A stretch of DNA of 64,000 nucleotides from Priapulus caudatus (lineage: Eukaryota): contig NW_014577072.1 of assembly GCF_000485595.1 (NCBI RefSeq), positions 1,050,978-1,114,977 of the forward strand. Direction: 5' to 3'. Shown piece by piece: positions 24,536 through 38,464 of this stretch. The notes under the pieces were generated by a model. It did not search any database and was not told where the DNA came from. It was given only the letters and a program-made list of their open reading frames with translations. Position numbers and translations under genes: made by a program. Position 1 is the first letter of the stretch. Each line of letters starts with the position of its first letter.

Positions 24536-26796
24536 GGTGAGTGCCCAACCTCGGATTGCCGGGCGCCGATAACGGGTTGTATTTGTGGCGTTTGAGTCAA
24601 GGCCGACCATTTGTGGTTCACTATTCATAGCGACATTCCTGCTGCATGCATGTGTATTGATAAGAAAAACGCTGGCTTTCTTCGACACCGCCTTACATTT
24701 ACACCAAGGGTAGCACGACGAGTATCTAATGCTACTATTAACATCTAACCTTTTCATGGATCGCATGCATGAGGTACTCGTCAACACTGCAATGTTGCCA
24801 TGTCTAATTATAATTAGACATTTGAAAAACAACACCTCCTGCATTAGAGTCTGCAATGGGCTCTCCTTTCATAAGTGTGTTGATTCTTAGCTTGGGGCTT
24901 CTCACGGAACGGCGGTAACATACCAAATGAGGATGGGGCGTGGTACGCGCAAGCGTGTTATTATTGGTTATTTACGACAAGGTCCTACAGCCGCAGTCGG
25001 CCGGGACTCATTGCTACTTATAATTAATGCTTCACTTCATTTATCTCGTTCATGTGGCGAAAGATACCTTTCATGCTGTGCGGGATTGGCAAGTCAGTTT
25101 TAACTGTCGTGGCGTAAATTTACGAAAATTTCGTCAAAACTAAATTATTCTGGCAATAATAATCAACGTTCAATGTTTTTGCAGTGAAATGCCATTAATA
25201 CCGGGAAGCGCAGTATGCATCAGAATTAAGGTGGTAGCCTAAACAATTAAGCCTTTTAAATATAAAGTCATTAATAAGTAAACAAAAACGAATGAAACAA
25301 ATGTGTGACATCATTTACACCTATGTACCGTTAGTTGCTTGAAACGTTTTAGAACGTGTCTTAATTTCTATATCGCATATTTTTTCTGATTCTTGATTCG
25401 TTTCTGCTATGTGTTGCACAGATACCTTATATTTGTCTCTGCCATGTATTTTACAGATAACTGAAACCCGTTTTCAAAAACAAAATTGGTTTTAACAATA
25501 TTAGTCTTATGCCCCAGTCACACATACACGACGCAACGTGCCCCGCGCCTGAAACAATTAATCAACTGAAAATAGATTTCAGTGCGGTCGTTGTTGCCGG
25601 CCCAATCTTTTTTGATACGCGAATTTTGGGAGAAGCCCCCTAAAGCGAGTTGACAAACGAAGGCAAATCGTTTGTTAGCGCGCGCGCGCATATACAGGGG
25701 ACCCGCATACAGAAGCGTAGACAGCCGCATCATGTTATAATAAAAATCATACGAATGCTGCAGCCGTGGTTTTTGCTAGCGCACGGAATCGAATTGTCGC
25801 GGTCGCCACCCGGCATCCGCAAACCGCCGCATTTCAACGCCAACAGCCAGTCCGCCGCAACAGCCCTAACGAACAGCCCAACGACCCAGTCACATTCTGG
25901 ATGAGCAAGGCCAATCGTGTTTGTAGCACCCCTCCCACCCCATAGACATTGATGATTATTTGGCATGAGTGCTATTCCATGAGTTCCTGGCCCTGATGTT
26001 GGAGAATCCGCGATTTCGTATCGTAGTCGCAAGCCTGTCGGGACCGAACCATCCTTTCGAGGTTGTTACTTCTGAGACACGATCACAGATAATCTTCGTT
26101 CATCACGCCATGAGGTCGAGGATAAGGTGATTGAAAGACAGGTGGGCGGGACCCCGTTATATACCCCATGGCAATACACCGCTGCGCTCACTCTAGAACA
26201 CGCATATAAGAACCCGCTGGGTCGCGCATAACAAGACCGTTCGTTCAGTGTCACTCTGTCAGACTGTCACCACCCATAATTCGCTTGCATGGTCGTCTGG
26301 ATCAATGCCGTTACAACACTGCTAGTTGCCGCTAGGTGTTGAACGCCTATGGTTTGTTTCGCTAAACCACTCAAAGCCAGAGCACAAATACAACGAATAC
26401 CAGCGTGTGCTCCGCGTTTCTCTGGCCTTTGATCCACGCGCTCTGCGCCTGTTCTGCCGTCCTTCTGGCGTGTACCATTCATGCGTCCGAGCTCCGCGCA
26501 ATAACAATTTGAACATGCCAACACAAATCCCGAGACGCAACACTCCGCGCACGAGCGAAATGACCGACCGAATACATTAGCGTTGTCCAGCCCGCGCCCG
26601 TCGACGAACGAGTAAACGAATGCTGAAAAGCACCATACCCAGCAACACAACGCACTGGCCAAAATTGCTGATTTTCAAAGTTTGCGCCAGGGAGCGTGTG
26701 TTGCCGACGTGTTCGGGCCCCTGCCCGTTCCGTAATGGTGACCTGGCAAATTAAACAAATATTAAGTCCTACGTGTCCCCCCCTTTTTTCTTACGC

Positions 26797-26836
<40 letters not shown>

Positions 26837-28989
26837 CTCCTCTCTCTCACTCTCTCTCTCTCTGCTGGCCCTCACCATGCACACACACACACGCACGCAC
26901 GCACGCACACGGGCACGGACAGCCATGGCGCCCCATTCTAGAAATGCAATCGAAATTGCTGTGAAATCGCTATGTCTGTGGGAACGTACAACTGCAACTC
27001 GTAGCGATTCTGGTCGCTTGCAACGAGTTGCAAGAAATCAAACTTGGTTTGATGTTCAGCAACTCGTCGCTCCCAATCGCTCCGAAATCGCTTCGAACTC
27101 GCATGTGTGCGCACACGCGGTGAAGCGTGCGACCGATCGCATGCGGTTGCAGGTTGCAGCGACGAGCAACCAAAAGTCGCAAGTCTGCGCTAGGCTTTTA
27201 AGCTATGATTTTTTTAGTTTGTTTTTGAATGGGAATCTCCTACTGTTGGCTGCAGCAGCACCGTCAATGTGAGTGCCGAGGGCGTTCAAGAACGAACTAC
27301 GTTGTCCGACCAGGGGGCGGTGAAGTAGCTATCGCGCTAGTCTCAAATGTATAATTATTCGAACATCTATATATATGCTCAAGGTTACGCATAAACAAAC
27401 AGAAATCGATCAACGCAAGACAACAAACAGAAATAGATCAACGCAAGGCAGAGATGTCGCCGCTTTCTATTGCATTTCTTATCTTATACAGCGCCACGTA
27501 TAAGGCGGAAGTGAATGTGCATAAACGATGACTAACCCTTGAAACTGTTTTCGAATAACCAAGACGTTACAGTACACGTTTTATACAGTATCCGAGGCAG
27601 CTCCTCGTAATACAACAGCGAAGCAGAGGTTATTCGTGTTATCTCACTCGGTAGTCAAACTAGTCACCGAATAGTACGTCAACTATTATAACGTCAGAGT
27701 TGCAAACTACGTTTACTGGTATCGCAGAGCAATATAGCAGCCGTGGTAGACACCGACGAACTTATCTGTGTGGCAGGAATTGAACTGCTGAATTTTATTG
27801 TACACAAGGTGACCATCGCACCGATAGATAGTGCATAGAGACACCATGCAGCAGCGATAATATCAACTGAATTCCTAGATACCTTGCTGACTTCTAACAG
27901 TTTTTAGATACAAGTGTTTTTAGTAGTTGTTTGGAAGGAGGCGTATCCTACGGCATTTTTTTCCGACGGTAAAAAAGTGCTACCGTACCCCGCCCATCTC
28001 GCGACAAATTTACTACTGGTTTCTTTCCGTTGAATTTTTTGTGCATGGATATTGGCGTAAACGTCTGTCTATCAAAGCCACACTTCTATGCCAACTGGTT
28101 CAAACTGGCTTGCAAGGATGGCTGGCAGGGTGGTCGTCTCTAAGTTGGGGAGATACATGGCGAGCTTCAGAGTGTGCTTGGTGTACGTATTGCAAGGTCC
28201 AAATATTCGGTGATTGAGCTTGATATATCCAGTTCAAGACAGCGAACGCGATTCCTTGCAATACGAGCTCACGCATTGACCATAAAACACATTGGCTCAC
28301 TTAATATATCTGAACAGTTTCTAGATTATTTACGCGTTACCTTCACAACTAACATCAACTGGGTGTGTGTGGGGGTGGGGTCCATATATCTCTGCACGTG
28401 AATTCCAGACTTTCCATTTGCGTGGTGAGCTCCATTCCAGTATTTGTCCGAAATATTCTTCGAGACACGGAGAGTCAAGAGCAATCAGGATCTATAGCTA
28501 TTTTTAGTCTTTTCCTTTATAATAGATGCTGGCAGGGGAGATAAGCCGCTACACGGGTGACGGTTCAATGAATACCTGATATTTTTCAATGCGTTGAGGG
28601 ATACTTCTAATGCTCCAGGTATACGCCATATATTCTCCAGGTATACGCCTCTACGCCATATATTCACCACGGCCTTCAAAATGTTAGGGAAGAGTGCACT
28701 CTCTAGTGCCACAATAATCGTTGAGTATTTGTGTCAATGGTGCCGTCATCTCCACTCAAACTCCCGTACATAGATTGACTGGAATGTTGTATAAAGCGGC
28801 CGGCAGAATCATCGTCCTTCGTCGCAAGATTTTAGGACGGGCCTGGACCAGACATGTCCTATGCGGCAGGTTAATCTATTGGCGCTAAGATCGAGCTAGG
28901 CTGCGCAGTAACTACGCAGTAACTACGCAGTAACTGCGCAGTGACGTACAGCCTATTCTAAGTGCGTAGGAGTTTCTAACGGGTAGTAC

Positions 28990-29026
28990 CATAGATATCC
29001 TATAACAACCTTATAGGATATCTATG
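28990..29026. mobile_element. 37-bp hairpin, P-like (CATAG ends, 8-bp TSD)
   Basis: catagatatcctataa-caacc-ttataggatatctatg; ggtagtac at 28982-28989 and 29027-29034. Confidence 0.8.
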
Positions 29027-30674
29027 GGTAGTACACAATCAGCTGCTAGTTTTGGTGACATTGATAGAAGACGACAGCATAATATCATGACGTCGCAGCA
29101 ATTCTTATACTGCCTGCACTCGATGACTACATTCGCGTTAACCACAATTGAAAAAATGGCCGACTATCACATCGCTTGTCCTAGTTATCAAGAAAAATCG
29201 AAAATTATCATTCCGCGCGTGCTTGGCAGCACATGCTTCGGGAATCTCCCGTCTGTAGATATAGCTTTTGTATATGTATCACTAATCGACTGGTAGCGTT
29301 GCTTGTTCACTCATCTTGCCTTGTGAAATCGCGTGATTACTGTGGTTAGCGGGCTTCATGTCCATGGTATAAGAAGTGGGCCACGGACAGAAAATCGTTG
29401 GCTAGCAAGATCGCATCGATGTTAGCATTACCATTACTAACTGTTATTATCATCAGTGCGGTTCACTACTATTATCACGAGACCATTATGTACAAACATG
29501 CTGTCACGCAAAGTAAATATTGAATGTTTTCAGATAACTAATCGCGGTTTTTCTTGTGTGTGAACACGCCTAATATAAGCTTTGTTCTGTTACTACTGTA
29601 AGTGCACTTTATAGATCTTTCGGGTTTTATCAAGTATCCATCGAATCCGTTCTTGCAATAAAAACATATAAAGATGCGATAGAAGCCGTAACTAGTATTT
29701 TATTATTATGGTCCTTATCGTTATTGTGGTTGAACGTCGTTAGGCCGCGTCGTTTGCTTAAAGTGATTACGTCACCGTAAACAGTAAAAGTAACAAAAAA
29801 TATTTCCACTTTTTTTACAAAATATAAGTGATTCTGTTCACTTTTTATGGTTAAATTGCGGCATTATACTTCCTATTTTACTATAATGTTCGATGTAAAC
29901 ATAGTGTATGTTTACATCGAACATTATAACGTGACGCATACATAGCCCATAGCAAACAATTAATGTCAGGATCATAATATCAAATCGTCCAGGTTTTTTG
30001 GAAATTTAACTAGTTGAGAAACAATCTTATCAGGTGAGAATTTGACGATGCATTTAGTTCCGTTAGTACTTGCTTTTAATGTAAAAACATGGCAACAAAC
30101 ATTTTCGTGACGTAGTCAATTTAAGCAGGTTCCGTATTGTATGTCTGTATAATATTGATTCGCTTGTCGAAGCGTTGCTGAATTTTTTAATGATGAAGAA
30201 TGTCGAGTTCCTGTTGTTATTATTATCGCTAGCATAAATCCGCAAGCTTGTGGCAGTTCCTGTGATGGTTGATGGCTCGTACTCGCGTCCGCTGAGCTAA
30301 ACTATTGCGTCTAATTAAAACGGTACTTGATCCTCGCGGTATTTCGTGTCTCCGAGACCTTCTCGACAGCGTTCATGCTGCGCTTGAGACAGGAATTCTA
30401 ACTGGGTCTGCGCGTATGCTGACTGACATTACATGCCTGCCTCGACACGATGGTCACGAGCATAGCATAACATCGGACTGTGTGGACGAAGTTCTTCGGC
30501 ACAGTGACAAGTGTTTTGTCGGAATTACATGCCAAAGAATGACTCACAATTACATGAATTATTCGCGAGTTTGTGGTGATCAGATTCACACTCACACAGA
30601 AAGGTCTATACAAAATATACGCATAAATAAAATAGTATATGATTATATATATATATATAGATATATATATATAA

Positions 30675-30708
<34 letters not shown>

Positions 30709-30711
30709 ATG

Positions 30712-30744
<33 letters not shown>

Positions 30745-30921
30745 GCGTGTGTGTTTGTGTATGTGTGTGTGCGTGTGTGCGCGCGCAAGTGTGTGTGCAT
30801 GTATATGGGTGTGGCCGTGGGAGTATGCGTGCGTGTGCAGGGACCATAACTAAATTTTATTCATATTTACGCGGGCGCGCACACATACGTAAGCATGCAC
30901 GCACACACGCACGCATGTACA

Positions 30922-31440
30922 ACCAAGCCTATGTTTAGGTTCCTGACAAACGATTTACCATAACTAAAAAACGTTTGCCAAAAACTTGTTATAACCCACT
31001 ACGTAACATTTATCTCAAATGGTTAGAAACAAACGTTATCTGCACACCTATTACTAACCAGTACTGAACGTTTATCTAGGGTTTCGAGGGGGTAAAAATA
31101 AACGTTATTTATAAACCTAGTCGTAACTATGAACAAACGTTAGCCATGAACGTCAGTAAACGTTGATCGTAACGTTACATGTCGGTTCCTAACAAACTAT
31201 TTAAAAACGTTAAATGATGGTTAGTGCAACGTTTATAGCTAACGTTTGTAGTAAACCATTTCGCAACTATAACAAAACGTTAAATGGTGGTTGACACAAC
31301 GTTTGTGGCAAACGTTTGTCAAGAACCTATATATAACTTTATTTATAACGTTTGATGAACGTTCTTAGAAGGTTTAATTCAAACCAAACCAAAATAAAAC
31401 CAGAACATAACGTTAGGAAAACGTTATGTGTTAGCTGGGT
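30922..31440. mobile_element. Probable non-autonomous DNA transposon rich in AACGTT motifs
   Basis: Right end gtgttagctgggt, degenerate left end accaagc; many internal aacgtt/taacgtt repeats. Confidence 0.5.
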
Positions 31441-32040
31441 AACCATAGATATCATGTAACTAGAGAGAAAGCGAGAGAGAGAGAGAAAGACAATGACAGA
31501 TGGAGAGAAAAAGAGAAAGAAAATGACAGAGAGTTCCGTTCAAGCTCTGATTAACTACCAAGCGACATGCAGCGACCAAAAAACACTGACATATAGGGGT
31601 CCTGGGCACGTCCAGAAATTCAACGCATCATCATCGAAAAGATCGATTGACGAATAGATCCTCACCGAGCAATTCTATCACATCGAGGAAATCAATGAAT
31701 CGATCACATCAAGGTAATATATATTGCTCTACTGAGAATGATGCAGTAGGATTGCTAAATAAACATTTTTACAATCAACAAATATTATCAATCAAGTGTT
31801 GTTTTGCTACGATGAGTGACGCGCCACACATTAAACTTCACATTACACCTTAAATTCATACATCCTACCTACACATTCTAATTTATAAATGTAAGCACAC
31901 TGGTTGCTTTTTCTGCTTTAGTTATTATTATTATTATTAAATCTTTATTGCATGTAATTCAGATACAAATCCATGTACAGAAGACACTCATTTTCACGGT
32001 GAAAAAAATGCTAGGATGACAATATCAATATGACTATAAG

Positions 32041-32697
32041 CAGGGGCGTAAATCCGTACCGAGGAGTGTGGGGGGGGGGGATGATCGGCGATAGCCGGGG
32101 GCGAAATTAACATTGGCTGTTTGCCGTAGGCATGCCAGTGCTAGTGGGGTCTGGGACCGGGGCATGCCCCCAGAAAATTTTAAAATATTTAAGCCATTTT
32201 CCTGCAATCTGAGGCATACTGTGGACCATATTCTCATGTCTGATGGCACTATAGCTATCTCAACCCTAGACTCAACCCTACAAGTTAGGATTCAAAACAC
32301 TTTTCATTACTTTTCAGAGCTAGAGCGTACACAGTTAGGTTACTATAGTAATAATACATGTATAACACAGTACATAACACATGTAAGAATTGCAATTTCT
32401 CACAATTTCACGTGTTTTTGTATGTTTGCAACCATACTTTTTGGCTATTCGTTTTTTTTTGTTTTTTTTTAAATCTCAGGGGATATTTGTAGGCCCAGGC
32501 CATCTCCCCTCCTTCAAGAGCGGGGGGGGGGATCGATGCATCATGCATCCCCCTAGCTCTAGTACTATAGCCCGCGGATCGCTGCGGGGGATCGCAGGCG
32601 GGTCCTGCGGCAGCCTGCGGCAGCGATCCGCGGGCTATAGTACTAGAGCTAGCATCCCCCCAATGGCCCCATCTCTCCCCCGGGATTTACGCCTCTG
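32041..32697. mobile_element. hAT-like MITE
   Basis: TIR caggggcgtaaatcc/ggatttacgcctctg (1 mismatch); flanks actataag/actataat (7/8). Confidence 0.75.
32554..32651. mobile_element. TAG..CTA hairpin element with 9-bp TSD, nested in the hAT-like MITE
   Basis: tagctctagtactatagcccgcggatcgctgc...gcagcgatccgcgggctatagtactagagcta; gcatccccc at 32545-32553 and 32652-32660. Confidence 0.85.
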
Positions 32698-33761
32698 ACT
32701 ATAATACTATTGAAATTTATGCACGATAGTGTCACTGCAGGCAGAGTGTCAATTTTATCTCTCTCTCTCTCTCTCTCTCTTCTCTGAGAGAGAGAGAGAG
32801 AGAGAGAGACGATAACGTGCAGCCTCTCGCGCATGCGCACGCCGTGACGTAAGCAGCAGACGTATCGCTCTGCCACAGCTGTGAGAGAGAGATAGATAGA
32901 GAGCTTTCGCTGCTTACCGAGCAAAAGCGAGAGCGAGAGAGAGAAAGAGAGAGCGAGAGAGAGACGCACGCACACACGCACACACACTCACACACACCCA
33001 CCACACACACATGTGTGTATGTATATATGTAACATGCATATGTATATGTAATATGTGTGTATGTATAAAGGCTATACTAAAAGAACTGCATATGATTATT
33101 ATGTCTGTTTTGATTGACATAAAACACAATTACGCGAATTCTTTGACAGAACAGCTTTCCTTACCTAAGGCTACTTACGGTGTTTTGCAACAGTAGAAAG
33201 CGTCCATAGGCAGCAGGCCTGAAAAAACATGACACAAAATATTTAATTAAAAATACTTAGAGAGTTTCGGCGCATAAACGACGTACATTTCATTCATGCT
33301 GAATGACGATAGATTCAAAGTCCAGATTTCACTCGAAACTTAGAGAGCCGCCAGATACGTGATGTTGAGTTCCAGCAACTAGTCATATCCCGTGTTACAG
33401 TTAACGCGGACCGGTTACCATGGTTACAGGTCACTTGACAAAATAGAACAACAATTTATCGACAAGACCATTCTTACTTTTCCTGCTTTCTGGACGCGTC
33501 TATATATAGGGCATCTACCTTACGTGTACAATTCAGATTAGTGCGTTCTAGTTCCGAATAATACCATAAAAAATTAAAACAATACATTTTATAAGCACGA
33601 AGCAGTGCAGCAATAACTCTGTGTTTTACGCATAATGCTGTTCGCAATATTCACATGTTATAATTATTACGAAGATTTATTTTTGCCAGATGTTGCCAGC
33701 ATATCTACATATATAACATACATGCCGCGCGGACGTTCTATTGTTCACGCGGGAGTGATTA

Positions 33762-33853
<92 letters not shown>
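33762..33853. repeat. (GCAC)n tetranucleotide microsatellite
   Basis: Long perfect run of acgc. Confidence 0.9.
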
Positions 33854-36722
33854 GCGTGCGGGCGGGCGAGCGTGCGTGCGTGCGTGCGTGTGTGTGCGTA
33901 TGTGTGTATGTGCTGGAATCAGTGCCCAATATTCTAAACTAAAGCAAACAGTGATGGCATGTGCCGCTGTAAGATGACCACTGCAGCAAAAGGGCTGAAG
34001 AACAGTTTGCAAAGCAAATCCGCTAGCATTGCGTGCGTTTGTATTAGGGAAGACACTTCAAAGGCACTTTCGAACATTCCACTTTTCCAAGTATCTGACA
34101 GGTTGCAAGTGGGTACTTGACATTGTCTGAAACCGTTCCTATTACATCAGTGGCCTTCGTCGCTAGAAAAAATCGCATTCCACTCGCAAGATGCTGAGGC
34201 ATGAATAACACCCACTTGCACGTTAGGTTATATTAGAAGTCTGCGCTGAGCAATATGATAGATTGCCTGTAGCGCCGCACAGCCGATGCGAACCATATCA
34301 TCAACTACAATACAACAGTTATGATAGTCATCAACCAGGTGCTGTGGAAGTTCGTTAGAGATGCTGGTACCGTGTCTGTCGTCATACAGTACCCCGTCGT
34401 CAGTCGTGGGTCGGGTGTAGGCCTGGGCTATTACCATAGATAAATCGAGCGCAAAGCATGTCGTCAATCACTGGTATGTTATTCTGATTCACATTGTGTT
34501 GCCGGATGACACAAAGTCTTTGCCTTGACAGATAATACCTATATGTTGCCATTATTTATACCAGCAAACGCCCAAAGTGCATGTATCGGCCATCGGTAAC
34601 GTGGATATAAGATATTTATTTCGGATGAACCTACGAACTGTCAGTGCCATAAACCTACCATGTCCATGCTAAGTGATGCTGACTGCACTCCGATCGCGAA
34701 GAAGGTTCTATGAGTGGTTTTGAAATGTTTTTACCAATCACTTAGCATCGCTATGGTCCAAATGACAAATCTGCGCACACGCAGTTGGGGGGCAATATAT
34801 AACCACCACCGATACTTATTACGCCGGGAGGGACAAGTAAAAATTTGAAATTCATGTAGTGTGATGAGTGAGCAAACGAATATTAGGTGAACCTTTATCT
34901 TTAATATTTTTATATTGTTTTTATTTTTTTTTCAAAATTTATTAGTCGTAAATTTTTATAAATAATCTCACTATGTATAGGAGTAGGGATACGGTTAGTG
35001 ATCTTTATATCCATAGATAACTATCACGCTTATACAGGTATACACTCGATAAACGAAACGGAACGAACCGGTCTGGTGACTATTTACTAAAACAGGACAA
35101 CGACGCTTGGAAGCAATAAACGTCACATTTGCCAGTCGCGTATCGTCGTCCTGAACCACAACTGCCGAGCGTGGCGTCGTTACCCTGGTCAGCGGGTCGT
35201 AATCGATATCGATAATACACATCCGGATCGTGATATCGCCAAAGACATTGCTAAGTCAACATTCTATTCTTCAACGGTCTATTGTTTTACAGCCGGGCCC
35301 TGTCTGCGAAACAAACCACCGCGCCCGTACCTGTTTCTTGACGAGGGGTGTTGCCGTTAAGAATAATTCGGCAATTGCGACGATAAGTTTTGTAGCGTAT
35401 TACTCGGCGTTGATAAACTGGGTCAGTGAGGTAGCATTTCCAGGTGGCCACTCGGGTGTGAACGTCTAAAGAGATGCGATAGGCATATAGGCATCGCTCA
35501 TTTGCCTGCAGTCCTTGTTATCTAGTGAAGCCGGTATTATTACGTGCAGAGGCCGTGTGGTCATTTCGCACGAGAGGAGAGAGAGAGGGTGAGAGAGAAA
35601 TTGAAAGAGAGAGAGAGACACTGTGCCAGCCAGGAAGCGACGACCAGAAATACAACTGTAGGTATCATGTCTTTTGGCAGACGGTGTCGGTTAGTAAACC
35701 TTGCCGCGATTGTTTATTTGAGTCTGTATAGGTAGCAGGGTATCATTAATGCAGCGATTGGCGGCTCAGCACGTAAGACAGGCGGTTATCTTGTGACCGT
35801 ATAGCATGGCGGACGACTATCCGGCGTGTTATTCTCGACGTGAATTCACGAATTCGCCGTAAATTATTGCGTTGAATACAGTAGGAATGTAGCTTTGATT
35901 TGACACACTGGTAACGGTCCGACAAGCAGTCACCTACTTTAATTCGGTTTTATGTTTGTGTAAAGCGCTTGTTGGGGAGTCAATGATTTGCTAATGATAA
36001 CGTGCATTGTGCGCTCTGAGAGTCTGCTCTCGTTGCAAGTGGGCATATACACATTCGCACACACTTATCCGCAGTTCCGAAATTCCACAAGCTGTGTGCA
36101 TGTCACGACACGTAACGTTTATCACGATTTATTTGATTTACCCTACTCATATTGATAATTAAATGTTCATTCGTCTATGAACATCGTGAATATACATAAG
36201 GTTCACTGTTTTCATGTACATTAATGTGTTTGATTATGAGGTGCTGCCCCCGACCCGGTTAATGTGTTACCGCGACCGTCTAATGTGGAACTTTTTGGTT
36301 TTAGGGATTTTGGACATATACTAGTTTTTCACGGGAGTACGCACAGCATTTTTGTGCATGGTATCGCAACTCGACATTAGCACAGAAGGCAGATATTTGC
36401 ATGTACTCAGCAGATTTCATATGAAGCCTTTGGTCTCTCTGTAGAAGTAAAAACAGACGGCTCATGATATGCAATATATTGTCGTGAAATAGACTTGGTA
36501 GGTCATATCGTTAATCGTGTGATTCCGCTTGCCGATATGCAAAGCAAACGTCCATTATATTGCAAAGAGGTTTTACAGTTGCGTGTTGCTAGGTTTTCGT
36601 GTAAAACGTAGAATTTCGTGCGTATGTTCGGATGTGGGCGATTACATATACACACCCACATGCGCGCGCGCTCACACACACACGCGCACGCGCACGCGCG
36701 CACACACAAACACACACACACA

Positions 36723-36809
<87 letters not shown>

Positions 36810-36877
36810 TATATAGTNNNNNNNNNNGCGCGCGCCTCGACACACACACACGCGACGCGCGACGCGCGCACACACAC

Positions 36878-36958
<81 letters not shown>

Positions 36959-37240
36959 TAATTATATATTTATAGATTCTAATATGTAGCCCAGCCCTGC
37001 TATATAGATTCTGCTGTTAATGCATAACTTTGTTGTTTTTCTTGGATACGTACCTGGCTCTTATGATGCAGGGGCCAAACTGAATCAAAGGACACCACTT
37101 AAAGGGATGCACTTCTACTAATGAATGACTAAATATCGTTAAAAGCTCTTGCGCAAGATTCATAGTCGTCGATTCGAAATCTTTTTTACATGTCTTTTTG
37201 CTCATTTTCAGATTAGCCAAGCAGCTAGCTAGCAGGCAGC

Positions 37241-37550
37241 ATGAGGTGCGGCACACAGTTGTGGTTGGTGGCCGTAGTGCTGGCTATCGGGTGTGCGCAG
37301 GACAACAACGATGCGTCGCGAACCGGAAGCCACAGGCGACGTGCGACACGGTTGCAGTTGACGCCATTTGGTAACAACGGATACCGGATAGAGTCGGTCC
37401 CTGTGCTGCAGACGCCGCGGCCAAGCGCGTCGACCATCGGCGTCGTCAAAGCGCCACATGTGACACACGACGAGCTAGCGCTCGCCATCGCCGTGGGAAC
37501 TCAGTCCGTCAACGCCATGCAGCGGTTAGAGAGAGAAATTCTCGAAAAAG
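37241..37550 (+). CDS. Peroxidase coding exon 1 (signal peptide and propeptide)
   Basis: ttttcag acceptor at 37211, ATG at 37241, hydrophobic signal peptide, donor aaag|gtaaag; end resembles exon 56741-56851. Confidence 0.8.
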
Positions 37551-38395
37551 GTAAAGCGTTTTTTTGCGCTATAGGGTTTGTCATTGTTGGGCGGGTGCGT
37601 GCGCGCGTGCGCGTGCGTGCGTTTGTGTGCGGACATCGGGCTATAGCATTGCCATGATGTTGTTTTTCACCTTACGTTCGTCAGGCGGAAAATAGTTAGA
37701 TGATATATTCTATACACGTCACTACGATGTTCTCGCGTCGGCACACACGCTGCAGACGATGTTCTATGATTGAGGCCGTTCACCCTTGCTGCAAACTTTA
37801 TATACAGCCCCCTCCCTACATTCACGCAGTTGAGTTTGATTTCTGCTTGCGTTTGGTATCTAGTTTCGGAGATGGTTTTACAGTAGGCCTACGCGCGCGT
37901 AAGCCAAACACGGAGTTAATATCATCGACGCTACTTATGTATAGTAAGATATTTAATCATATCTTACTGGTAGATGTAAATACGACAGTAGGCATGACCT
38001 AGAAGCATGATGTTGTGCGTCTCCAACGAGAATTTACACCCCGCTTTCCACGCAGCCCCACCGCATGCCTCGCATTTCAAGACAGCGCGTGCAAGAGAAC
38101 AATGCTCTATTTACCTTGAATTTTGCTTGAATAGGGAAAAGATTATATCTGATTCATCTTACGTCATGTTGAATTATTTGTGCTTTCTGTGACTATTTAT
38201 TATGCAAATGTCTTTTCGGCCTTGAATGTAATCCCGTGGAATTTGGGCGTTTCATCACTAATTTTTGTCAAAAGTTTTCTAACCATTTCTACCTGAATAC
38301 CTTATACTGTATCCTACTGTTCCGATCTGGGAAAGCAAGCTTATATTGTACTCCACTTTTACAACAGGTCGTGTTATATATCACACACGCGCGCG

Positions 38396-38464
<69 letters not shown>

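Noticed and set aside
25900..26700. GC-richer, complex block with several short ORFs
   Set aside because: No recognisable protein motif, ribozyme core, termini or TSD; left unassigned.
29882..29928. Perfect 22-bp-arm hairpin
   Set aside because: A real inverted repeat, but with no clear TSD or family link it is not classified as a mobile element or RNA gene.
34228..34560. Minus-strand peptide with CIVVDDM, like the Walker B of Polinton-type ATPases
   Set aside because: No convincing Walker A or downstream motifs in frame; too degenerate to call without a profile search.
35540..35680. Possible 5' UTR exon or promoter of the peroxidase (GA repeats, tag|gtatc)
   Set aside because: Cannot be told apart from chance splice-like motifs without transcript data.
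36662..36956. Direct duplication of a (GC)(CA)(TA) tract on both sides of a 10-N gap
   Set aside because: Most likely an unmerged contig overlap or haplotype artefact.
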